Notes under the pieces: model-generated
The model's input: only the letters and a program-made list of their open reading frames with translations
Databases searched by the model: none
What the model was told of the DNA's origin: nothing
Assembly (NCBI GenBank): GCA_047600765.1
Contig: JASGKF010000002.1
Span: forward strand, 1,226,344 to 1,290,343
Length of the DNA: 64,000 nt
Direction: 5' to 3'
From: Rhodocyclaceae bacterium
GTDB taxonomy: Bacteria; Pseudomonadota; Gammaproteobacteria; Burkholderiales; Rhodocyclaceae
Part shown: one piece after another, positions 1 to 7,963 of the stretch
Layout of the letters: each line of letters opens with the position of its first letter
Numbering within the stretch: the first letter of the stretch is position 1
Made by a program: the position numbers and the translations under genes

Positions 1-560
1 GCCTGGATCAGATCGCGTCGCGTCGCAATGCCGTCGAGCATGAAAGGTACGAGCGCAGTCTTGTGGGTTTTTGCCAGCTCCGCAAAGCTGGCGTGGAACT
101 TCTGCGTATAGGCTTGTCCGAGGTTGGGCGGCATGCGCATGCCCAGCAGCAGCACTCTGGCTTTCGACGCCCTGGCTGCAGTGATCATGGCATCGAGGTT
201 GTCATTCATGGCTTTCAACGACAGGCCGCGCAGGCCGTCGTTGGCGCCGAGCTCGAGAATCACGACGTCAGGTTTTGTGCGTGCCAGTTCCGCAGCAAAG
301 CGCGCGCGTCCGCCGGCCGTGGTTTCGCCGCTGATGCTGGCGTTGTGTACGGTGTGCCGGTAGCCTTCGCGCTGCAGTTTGTCGCCCAGCAGTTTCGGCC
401 AGGCTTTCTGCTGGTCGATGCCGTAACCGGCCGACAGGCTGTCGCCCATCACGAGGATGCCGGCGGCATGGGCAGTGGCACAGCAGAGCAGGGCCGCGAG
501 CAGTATTGCGCAGCGTCGGAGAAGGGCGCTGCGCCAGATCAAAGGGAAACCGTGCAACAT
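1..560 (-). CDS. tesA: Arylesterase / acyl-CoA thioesterase I (SGNH/GDSL), runs off the window edge
   Basis: Manual translation from CAT at 558-560: [11 protein letters not shown]...ILVMGDSLSAGYG...NASISGETTAGG...ILELGANDGLRG...GMRMPPNLG. GDSLS and GANDG blocks and a signal-like N-terminus. Absent from the ORF track because it is open at the window edge. Confidence 0.9.
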   Translation of the reverse strand, partial: MLHGFPLIWRSALLRRCAILLAALLCCATAHAAGILVMGDSLSAGYGIDQQKAWPKLLGDKLQREGYRHTVHNASISGETTAGGRARFAAELARTKPDVVILELGANDGLRGLSLKAMNDNLDAMITAARASKARVLLLGMRMPPNLGQAYTQKFHASFAELAKTHKTALVPFMLDGIATRRDLIQ

Positions 561-1242
561 GAATCGTGACACCTCTGTGGTTTTGCAGGCAGAACAGATC
601 GACAAGACCGTGGCGCTCGCTGATGGCGGCACGCTGACCATCCTGCATGACCTGAGCCTGTCGGTGCAGGCCGGCGAGACCATTGCCGTGCTGGGCGCTT
701 CAGGGTCGGGGAAGTCTACACTGCTTGCCCTGCTCGCCGGGCTGGACGTGCCGAGCTCTGGCCGCGTGATGCTGATGGGGCAGGATTTGTTTGGCCTCGA
801 TGAAGACGCACGGGCCAGCCTGCGCGGCCAATCCATGGGCTTCGTGTTCCAGTCCTTCCAGCTGCTGCCGGCCCTGACCGCCGAAGAGAACGTGATGATG
901 CCGCTGGAGCTGGCGGGTCGCGCTGCGGCGCGCGAGACGGCGCAGCGCTGGTTGCAGCGTGTGGGCCTCGGGCAGCGTCTGCATCACTATCCCAAGCACC
1001 TTTCCGGTGGCGAGCAGCAGCGTGTTGCGCTGGCGCGCGCTTTCGCCATGCAGCCGGCCTTGTTGCTGGCTGACGAGCCGACCGGTAACCTCGACGCGGC
1101 AACGGGTCAGCAGATCATCGAGCTGATGTTCGAGCTCAATCGCGAAGCAGGCACGACGCTCATTCTTGTGACCCACGACGAGCAACTGGCGGCGGCCTGT
1201 GGCCGCCAGATCCGGCTGCAGAACGGGCGCACCGTAGCCTGA
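559..1242 (+). CDS. ybbA: ABC transporter ATP-binding protein, YbbA/LolD-like
   Basis: Walker A GASGSGKS, signature [19 protein letters not shown]-loop VTHD; divergent from tesA as in E. coli. Start taken at ATG 559 (MNRDTSVV). Confidence 0.85.
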   Translation: MNRDTSVVLQAEQIDKTVALADGGTLTILHDLSLSVQAGETIAVLGASGSGKSTLLALLAGLDVPSSGRVMLMGQDLFGLDEDARASLRGQSMGFVFQSFQLLPALTAEENVMMPLELAGRAAARETAQRWLQRVGLGQRLHHYPKHLSGGEQQRVALARAFAMQPALLLADEPTGNLDAATGQQIIELMFELNREAGTTLILVTHDEQLAAACGRQIRLQNGRTVA

Positions 1243-1248
1243 TCTGGC

Positions 1249-1944
1249 TTATTGCGGAGGCCCGATGCGGGTCGTCAGAGTGCCCAGGCCGGCGATCTCG
1301 CCCACCAGCACATCACCGGGCTGGACCGGGCCGACGCCCGCCGGCGTACCGGTGAGGATCAGGTCGCCAGCCGCCAGCTCGAATTGCTGTGAGAGCGTGG
1401 CAATGATGGCGGGCACATTCCAGATCATTTGCTCCAGCGTCGCGTCCTGCTTGGTCTGGCCGTTCACCGTCAGGTGGATGCGACCTGTGGCGACGTGGCC
1501 GACATCTTTGGCGAGATGCAGGGGGCCACAGGGGCAGGAGTGGTCGAAGCCCTTGGCAACGTCCCAGGGCTTGCCCTTGTCGCCGAGTGCGCGCTGCAGG
1601 TCGCGGCGTGTCATGTCCAGTGCGATGGCATAGCCGGCAACGTGATTCAGGGCATCTGCCTCGGCGATGCGGATGCCACCGGAATGCAGGCCCACGGCCA
1701 GTTCCAGCTCGAAGTGATAGTTCTGTGTGGCGAGGGCGTAGGGGATGGTTTCGCCGTCCTGCACGATGGCGTCGCGCGGTTTGGTGAAGAACACCGGCGG
1801 CTCCTTCTCGTCATTGCCCAGCTCGCGGATGTGGTCGAGGTAGTTGCGGCCGACGCAGTAGATGCGGCGCACCGGGAAGCGGCGTGCGTCACCCACGACA
1901 GGCAGGCTGGTGATGGCGGGTGGCAGGACAAGATAATCAGACAT
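1249..1944 (-). CDS. Fumarylacetoacetate hydrolase family protein
   Basis: RIYCVGRNYLDH, FFTKP, HFELEL, GDLILTGTPAGVGP motifs; start MSDYL at 1944. Confidence 0.9.
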   Translation of the reverse strand: MSDYLVLPPAITSLPVVGDARRFPVRRIYCVGRNYLDHIRELGNDEKEPPVFFTKPRDAIVQDGETIPYALATQNYHFELELAVGLHSGGIRIAEADALNHVAGYAIALDMTRRDLQRALGDKGKPWDVAKGFDHSCPCGPLHLAKDVGHVATGRIHLTVNGQTKQDATLEQMIWNVPAIIATLSQQFELAAGDLILTGTPAGVGPVQPGDVLVGEIAGLGTLTTRIGPPQ

Positions 1945-1955
1945 GATGGCTTCCT

Positions 1956-2882
1956 TCAGAACAGGCCTGGATCGACGAAACCGGTCCGGGCGAGAGCGGC
2001 GAGGCCCGCACAGGCTAGCAGGAACAGGGCCGCGTGCAGAGCGCACCAGGCCCGGTGGGGGAGCTTGAGCCGCCAGGGTTTGACGGCGGCGACGATGAAG
2101 GGACGGGAGTCCGTCGGCTTGCGCACGACATGTACGCTGGCGGCCTGATCGGCTTCGATGCGTTCGCGCCTTGCTTCTTCATGGGCGGCATTACGTGCGC
2201 GTTCCCATTCCGCTTCGCTCAGTTCACCGTCACCGTCCGTGTCGAAACGTCGTAACAGATCTGCGCGATCCTGCTTCCAGTCGGCGAGGATGTCACGGAC
2301 GGCTTCGCGTTCGCTGCGTGTCAGGCCCTCGCCATGCAGGGTGCGGAAGTCGCCGAGGACGAACAGGGTTTCGCGATCCAGCAGGCACCACTGTGTCATG
2401 CGCAGATCACCACGGATTTCGCTGTCGTGATGCGCCGGATGGATCTCGGCGCCGGCCGGATCGATGGCGCAGGTGCCCGTATCGTCTTCCAGCAGGAAGC
2501 AGGCGTCGCTTTCTTCATCTGAAACTTCACGCCAGTTGTCGTCGCGGCGTTCTTCGATGAGCACGCGGTACCACAGCACGGGGAGGCCGTTGTAGGGCGA
2601 CAGCAGGGGCAGGCCACTCAGCGGACGACCTTGCCCGCGTAGTGCCACGAAGCCTTGTGCTGCGCTGGCTACGCGCGAGATGGGGGTGTCACCAATTTGC
2701 CGCAATGTGTGCAGCGCCCGCAGCCAGCCTGTGGCACTGGATATGGCCAGTGCCAGCGCTGCCAGCCAGGCCGACGCGCCAGAGGGTTTCCAGGCCGCAA
2801 GCGCAATGCAGGCGATCTGGAAGCACAACAACAGGCCGTGGAAACGCAGGCGATTGCCCGGGGTGAGACGTATCGTGGGCAC
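1956..2882 (-). CDS. Membrane protein with GIDE-like soluble domain and an EF-hand loop, LemA-associated
   Basis: Two N-terminal hydrophobic helices, a soluble domain, a canonical EF-hand loop DTDGDGELSEAE and a C-terminal TM helix; directly downstream of lemA. Confidence 0.65.
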   Translation of the reverse strand: MPTIRLTPGNRLRFHGLLLCFQIACIALAAWKPSGASAWLAALALAISSATGWLRALHTLRQIGDTPISRVASAAQGFVALRGQGRPLSGLPLLSPYNGLPVLWYRVLIEERRDDNWREVSDEESDACFLLEDDTGTCAIDPAGAEIHPAHHDSEIRGDLRMTQWCLLDRETLFVLGDFRTLHGEGLTRSEREAVRDILADWKQDRADLLRRFDTDGDGELSEAEWERARNAAHEEARRERIEADQAASVHVVRKPTDSRPFIVAAVKPWRLKLPHRAWCALHAALFLLACAGLAALARTGFVDPGLF

Positions 2883-2909
2883 GGGTGAGGCGAAGCGTGA
2901 TCGGGGCGA

Positions 2910-3488
2910 TCAGCCCTTGAACAGCGCGGCGACGTCTACGTCCGCCTTCTCGTGGCCGGCGAACTCCAGCAGGGCGGCGCTCTGGAAGCCGAAGATGCGC
3001 GCAATGACGAGATCAGGGAACTGCTCGATGCGCACGTTGAAGATGTTCACCGACTCGTTGTAGAGCTCGCGGCGATCGGCGATGCCGTTTTCCAGCGTGG
3101 TGATGCGCGCCTGCAGCTGCAGGAAGTTCTCGTTGGCCTTGAGGTCAGGGTAGGCCTCAGCCACGGCGAACAGACGCCCCAGGCCGGCGCGCAGCGCACC
3201 TTCGGCTTCGCCCAGTGCGCCGATGTCCTGCGTGCTGCTGGCGGCCTGCACCTGGTTGCGGGCGGCAATGACGCGTTCCAGGGTGACCTGCTCGAAATCG
3301 CGGTACTGGCGGCAGACTTCGACGAGTTTGGGCAGTTCGTCGTGGCGTTGTTTGAGCAGTACGTCGATGTTGGCCCATGCCTTGGCGACGGCGTGTTTGA
3401 GCTGGACCAGTGCGTTGTAGACGAAGACGCCATACAGCACGACCAGAACGACGACGCCAAGAAACACGGCAGCACGAGTACTCATCAC
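2910..3488 (-). CDS. lemA: LemA family protein
   Basis: N-terminal TM helix, then YNALV...AWANIDVLLKQRHDELPKLV, AEAYPDLKANENFLQLQ and RRELYNESV...FP motifs. Confidence 0.92.
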   Translation of the reverse strand: MMSTRAAVFLGVVVLVVLYGVFVYNALVQLKHAVAKAWANIDVLLKQRHDELPKLVEVCRQYRDFEQVTLERVIAARNQVQAASSTQDIGALGEAEGALRAGLGRLFAVAEAYPDLKANENFLQLQARITTLENGIADRRELYNESVNIFNVRIEQFPDLVIARIFGFQSAALLEFAGHEKADVDVAALFKG

Positions 3489-3581
3489 GGGGCTCCAGCA
3501 GGGTATTTGCAGCGGAAGGTGCGCGGCGGTGTCGCCACGCGAACCACGCTGGAGTGTAAGGCCAATCCGCCGTCTGGCGGG

Positions 3582-4505
3582 TCAGCTGCGTGTATCGGGC
3601 AGCGGGATGAAGTCAGGCGCAGGGGCGGCTGCTTGTTGCTGCTGTGCGGGATTCGGCGTGGCCGGCACGGGATGTTCCGTGAGGGCGTCTTTGGGTACGT
3701 CAAGGCGGTGCAGCAATTGTTCGCGACCCATGTGGATCAGGTCGCCGATGGCTGTGAAGTCGTCGGGCAGGGCAGGGTCGTTCCAGCCGTTTGCCGAGTG
3801 GCGGGCGAGGTTGTTGGCCAGCACGACGTTGCGCACGCGCGGGTTGTTGGCGTGATCGTCGTCCATCAAGGTGATCAGCAATTCGGGCAACCGCCAGGCT
3901 TTGACCAGCGCCAGTTGAAGGTCGTGCATCGTGACGCCGAGGACGGCTTGCTGCGCCGTGGCGCTGCGCAGGCCCGGCGTGCGCTTCTGTTCGGCTTTGA
4001 CGCGCAGCATCAAAGCCGGCGCAAAGCACCAGCACAGCACTTCGGCGGCGTCGTGCAGCAGGGCGCCGACAGTGACTTCGTCGACATCCAGATCGTGGCG
4101 GATGATGGCCCAATCGCGCGCCCAGCTGGAGGCATTGCGGGCACGGTTGATGACCTTGACGACGCCAAGCAGGGCTTGGGGATGCGCCTGCAGCTTGTCT
4201 TCGACGCAGGGCAGATTGGAGAACTTGCGGAAGAACGGGGTGATGCCCAGCATCATGATGGCCCGCTCGATGGTCGTGATGTCGTGGTTCTGGGCGCTGC
4301 GCCGCGTCGCTTCGATATGGACGAGCACGCGCAGGGTCATCAGCGGATCCTGCAGCACGACCGCGGCTACCTGACGGCCACTGACCTTGTCTTCGTCAGC
4401 CGCCAGCTCCGCCAGCGCACGCACGGTCTTGCGCAGCACCGGCAGTTCGGTCTGACTAAAGTAGGCAATGTAGCTGTCGATACTCTGCAGTGGGGTTTCG
4501 ATCAT
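3582..4505 (-). CDS. Stand-alone HDOD domain protein
   Basis: VLQDPLMTLRVL, TTIERAIMMLG, ALLHDAAE and WRLPE motifs; probable start MIETPL at 4505, with the upstream part of the ORF treated as extension. Confidence 0.85.
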   Translation of the reverse strand: MIETPLQSIDSYIAYFSQTELPVLRKTVRALAELAADEDKVSGRQVAAVVLQDPLMTLRVLVHIEATRRSAQNHDITTIERAIMMLGITPFFRKFSNLPCVEDKLQAHPQALLGVVKVINRARNASSWARDWAIIRHDLDVDEVTVGALLHDAAEVLCWCFAPALMLRVKAEQKRTPGLRSATAQQAVLGVTMHDLQLALVKAWRLPELLITLMDDDHANNPRVRNVVLANNLARHSANGWNDPALPDDFTAIGDLIHMGREQLLHRLDVPKDALTEHPVPATPNPAQQQQAAAPAPDFIPLPDTRS

Positions 4506-4715
4506 GGTCAGGCTATATCCGGGTGCGACACACTCTCTTACGGCGCGGTTGGGGTCAGGCTTGAGCCCGGTCTGGCCTTGATTGCGACAAGGCGCCGCCA
4601 AGCGGCCGATTGCCGCCTGCTTCGACCAGTTGGGTTGTTGCCTGAAAAACACTTCGCACAATGCTTCGCGTTGCCGCAAGTCCGAAAACCTGATTTCTGC
4701 CCGAAAGGGTGTGTC

Positions 4716-4721
4716 TATAAT
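4716..4721 (+). promoter_or_regulatory. Possible sigma70 -10 box for the oxidoreductase gene
   Basis: Perfect TATAAT about 35 nt upstream of the TTG at 4757; no clear -35. Confidence 0.35.
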
Positions 4722-4756
4722 CCCGCGCAACCTCGGAATTCAAGCCGGAGTCGGAG

Positions 4757-5746
4757 TTGAAGTCATTCAAGGCATTTCTCGTGGAGCAGGACGGTGCAGC
4801 CGTCAGCGGTCGCTTCGTTGAACTCGACGAAACCAGGCTGGATGCTGGCGATGTGCTGATTCGCGTTACCTGCTCCAGTGTCAATTACAAGGACGCCCTT
4901 GCCGCGACCGGGCAGGGGCGCATCATCAAGCGCTTCCCCTGCGTTGGCGGCATCGATCTGGCCGGCGAGGTGGTCAGCAGCGCTGCCCCGCGTTTCCGTC
5001 CCGGCGACCGCGTGCTCGCCACCAGTTACGACCTGGGTGTCGCCCATCACGGCGGTTATTCCGAATACGCTCTTGTGCCTGGCGGCTGGGTCATGCCCTT
5101 GCCCGCAGGCCTCAGCGATTTCCAAAGCATGGCATTGGGCACGGCGGGGCTGACGGCGGCCATGGCCATCAATCGCATGGAAGACAATGGGCTCAAACCC
5201 GAAAACGGCCCGGTGCTGGTTTCAGGTGCCACGGGGGGAGTCGGCTCCCTCTCCATCGACATGCTTGCGGGGCGCGGATATGAAGTCGTCGCGCTGACCG
5301 GCAAGCCCGAGCAGAGCGAATGGTTGTGCAGCCTTGGGGCATCTCGTGTCATGCTGCGCAGCGAACTGCCCAGGGAAGTCCGTCCGCTGGACAAGGGATA
5401 CTGGGCGGGGGCCATCGATAATCTCGGTGGCGAGGTTCTGAGCTGGATCATCAGCAGCAGCAAACCGGGTGGTGTAATTGCCAGTATCGGTCTGGCTGGG
5501 GGAACGGATCTTCATACAACGGTCATGCCTTTCGTGTTACGTGGCGTATCGTTGATGGGGATAGACTCCGGTTATGCTGGCTTCGCTGTCAGGGAACGCG
5601 CATGGTCGCGTCTGGCGGCGGACCTGCGTCCCCGGGGGCTGGACACGATTGCGCTGGAAGAACCGTTTGAAAACCTGCCGCAGATTTTTGACCGGCTGTT
5701 GGCCGGACAGGGACACGGGCGGGTAGTAGTGCGGATCAGTCACTGA
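4757..5746 (+). CDS. acuI: MDR-family oxidoreductase, YhdH/AcuI (acryloyl-CoA reductase) type
   Basis: SSVNYKDALA, GIDLAGEV, LGTAGLTA, GATGGVGS and PFVLRGVSLMGIDS motifs; TTG start after GGAG. Confidence 0.8.
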   Translation: MKSFKAFLVEQDGAAVSGRFVELDETRLDAGDVLIRVTCSSVNYKDALAATGQGRIIKRFPCVGGIDLAGEVVSSAAPRFRPGDRVLATSYDLGVAHHGGYSEYALVPGGWVMPLPAGLSDFQSMALGTAGLTAAMAINRMEDNGLKPENGPVLVSGATGGVGSLSIDMLAGRGYEVVALTGKPEQSEWLCSLGASRVMLRSELPREVRPLDKGYWAGAIDNLGGEVLSWIISSSKPGGVIASIGLAGGTDLHTTVMPFVLRGVSLMGIDSGYAGFAVRERAWSRLAADLRPRGLDTIALEEPFENLPQIFDRLLAGQGHGRVVVRISH

Positions 5747-5787
5747 AGTAGAGGCGTCTTGAAAATGCCTGCAGGAGAGGACAAGCA

Positions 5788-6925
5788 ATGACCGAAGTGG
5801 CCGCACAGTTGCCGCGCATCCTCATCGTGGACGACTCGCGCATGGTGCGCGCGTCGCTCATCAAGCAGATCCGCGACAAATTCGACGTCCGTGAAGAAGT
5901 CGATGGCGAGGCCGGCTGGCAATCGCTGCTGCTCGACCCGACGATCGAAGTCGTCATTTCAGATATCGGCATGCCACGCCTTGATGGTTTTGGCCTGCTG
6001 CAGCGGATTCGCGGTTCGCGTCTGGCACGCGTCGAACTGCTTGCCCGTCCTGATCATTTCGGGCGAAGACGAAAACGAAGCCCGCATGCGCGCCCAGGAG
6101 CTTGGCGCCACCGATTTCATTACCAAGGGCACGCCACGCGTCGAACTGCTGGCGCGTCTCGAAGCCCTTGCCAAGCTGGCGCAGACCCGTCGCGAACTCG
6201 AACAGAGCCGTGAGCAGCTCGTCCGCCGCAACCGTGGCGACGTCAGTGTCATGGTCATCGAGGTCGATCACTACGACCGCCTGTGCGAAACCTACGGCCA
6301 TAGTGTTGGCCAATTGGTTCATCGCAAGCTATCCAAGCTGTTGTCGGCCAAGGTCCGTAAGGAAGACACCATCGCTCACCTGGCTGAAGGCCAGTTCGCG
6401 GTGATCTCGCCTTCAGCCGATCTCGACGCCTGCGGCGCCTTTGCCTTGCGCCTGCGTCGCGCGATCGAAACCATCGTCATGACTTACAAGGAGCATCGCA
6501 TCCGTGTGAGCCTGACCGTCGGTCTGGCCAGCGCACACGGCGACGCTTCCGTGTCACTGGAGCATCTGCTGCAGACAGCGGCTGCCCGCGTGGCAGATGG
6601 TCGCAAGCTGGGTGGCAACCGTGTCGTCTCCGAATCCGGCGAGGTCACGACCGAGAACGTCGGGCGCTTCAGCCGTCTCGCCGTCAGCGTCGACCATGCG
6701 CTCACCCAGATCCGCACAGGCAGTGGCGATGAAGCCCGCAAACGCCTGCGCGAGCTGACTCAGACCCTGATGCCCTTGCTGGAGATGATGGAAGCCGAAT
6801 TCCATCTCGGTATTCCGTTGCTGGAACTGAGCGAAAAAGCCCAGATCACCAACATCGACATGCACACGGCAGCATCGACCAGCACAGTTGGATCACGCAC
6901 TGTCTGGCGCACAGGCGCGGGCTAA
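5788..6925 (+). pseudogene. Response regulator REC + degenerate GGDEF domain, split by a frameshift near 6034-6040
   Basis: ORF 5788 carries the REC N-half (ILIVDDS...VVISDIGMPRLDG). ORF 5891..6925, in another frame, continues with LPVLIISG...GATDFITK and a GGDEF-like domain whose motif position reads AEGQF. Confidence 0.75.
6026..6150 (+). repeat. 16-bp direct repeat CACGCGTCGAACTGCT at 6026-6041 and 6135-6150
   Basis: Read directly from the sequence; copies are 109 nt apart and the first overlaps the frameshift. Confidence 0.9.
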
Positions 6926-6971
6926 GTTCCGTTCGAGCTTTGGCTGTTTGCGTCAGCAAGCGAAGCCACAA

Positions 6972-7005
6972 AAACAAAAAAGGACCCGAAGGTCCTTTTT
7001 TGTTT
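6972..7005. terminator. Bidirectional intrinsic terminator
   Basis: AAACAAAAAAGGACC-CGAA-GGTCCTTTTTTGTTT between convergent genes. Confidence 0.9.
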
Positions 7006-7020
7006 GGGTCGAAACCTTGA

Positions 7021-7701
7021 TCAGGCTTGACGACGGCGCAGTGCACCCAAACCCAGCAGGCTCAGACCAACCAGAGCCAGCGATGCGGGTTCAGGGATCT
7101 CAGCGCTATCAACCGACAGGTCCAGACCGGCGCTACCGGTGATGACCATTTCCAGAGCGGTGATCGAGGTCAGGTCAGCAGCGCCCAGCAGGTTGCCGAA
7201 GTTCACACCGTATTGGCCGATTGCGTCACCGTGGAAGGTGTAGGACGACACGGCTGCGCCGGTGAAGGCCTTCAGCGTGATGTCGAAGCCGCTGGCCAGA
7301 TCCAGGAAGGTCACGTTGACGATGAACGTGTTGCCGTAGCTGGTCAGGTCGATGCCGCCGAGGCTGGAGGCGCCGAGGCCGCCATCCCAGCGAACGGTAC
7401 CGACGCTGGTCACGCCGGGTTCGTTGCCGTATTGCAGCTTGCCAGCAGCGACCTTGATCGTTGCCAAGGTGTCGGGATCGCCACCGGTCTTGTCGATGAT
7501 CAGTTCGCGGTAGCCGCCGAGTGCTTCGGCAGCAGCCTTTTCGTTGCTGACGGCGGTGAAGTCAGCGTCGGCGTCGTAGATGGCGGTTGCGGGGGTGTTG
7601 CCTTGGGCGGTCGTGAAAGAGTCGATCACGAGCACGGCGTTGGCATTGAGGCTCATTGCGGCAACAGCTGCGGCGCCGAGCAGTTTCAGAGTGGTCTTCA
7701 T
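7021..7701 (-). CDS. PEP-CTERM sorting-domain surface protein
   Basis: Signal peptide MKTTLKLLGAAAVAAMSLNANA; C-terminus IPEPASLALVGLSLLGLGALRRRQA (PEP motif, TM helix, basic tail). Confidence 0.95.
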   Translation of the reverse strand: MKTTLKLLGAAAVAAMSLNANAVLVIDSFTTAQGNTPATAIYDADADFTAVSNEKAAAEALGGYRELIIDKTGGDPDTLATIKVAAGKLQYGNEPGVTSVGTVRWDGGLGASSLGGIDLTSYGNTFIVNVTFLDLASGFDITLKAFTGAAVSSYTFHGDAIGQYGVNFGNLLGAADLTSITALEMVITGSAGLDLSVDSAEIPEPASLALVGLSLLGLGALRRRQA

Positions 7702-7770
7702 CGAATTGCTCCTGGTTGATTTGACTTTGGGATTCTGGCGACCCATTTCTGGATCAGCTGGACTCCTTAA

Positions 7771-7786
7771 AGCCAGATGCGTGCCA
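7771..7786 (-). promoter_or_regulatory. Sigma54 (-24/-12) promoter of the PEP-CTERM gene
   Basis: Minus strand TGGCACGCATCTGGCT gives GG-N10-GC with TGGCAC, 70 nt upstream of the start codon. Confidence 0.75.
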
Positions 7787-7805
7787 GTAATTAAAAATCT
7801 TTTAA

Positions 7806-7818
7806 AATCATTGCTTTA
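7806..7818. promoter_or_regulatory. IHF-like site in an AT-rich tract
   Basis: AATCATTGCTTTA is one mismatch from WATCAANNNNTTR and lies between the sigma54 site and the putative enhancer. Confidence 0.45.
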
Positions 7819-7860
7819 TTGTGATTTGTGCGGACGCAGAATGTTCGGTGGTGTGGTCGG

Positions 7861-7877
7861 TGTAAAAAAAGTCGACC
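7861..7877. promoter_or_regulatory. Putative PEP-CTERM-box enhancer (PrsR-type activator site)
   Basis: TGTAAAAAAAGTCGACC about 75 nt upstream of the sigma54 site; resembles, from recall, the TGTAAA-N5-CGACA-type motif of PEP-CTERM genes. Confidence 0.5.
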
Positions 7878-7903
7878 CGGTAATCAGCGTTGCGAGTGCC
7901 AGA

Positions 7904-7938
7904 AAGCAAAAGCCCCCACTGGCTGGGGGCTTTTGCTT
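7904..7938. terminator. Intrinsic terminator of the RCC1-repeat gene
   Basis: AAGCAAAAGCCCCCA-CTGGC-TGGGGGCTTTTGCTT inverted repeat. Confidence 0.85.
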
Positions 7939-7963
7939 GGCGATTTGCGGTGTAGCGGTTGCT

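Noticed and set aside
2952-4760. 602-aa plus-strand ORF, and similar long antisense ORFs (16547..18328, 18433..20244, 20508..22142, 37425..38906, 55343..56611)
   Set aside because: They are antisense shadows of well-supported genes in high-GC DNA, with no recognisable motifs.
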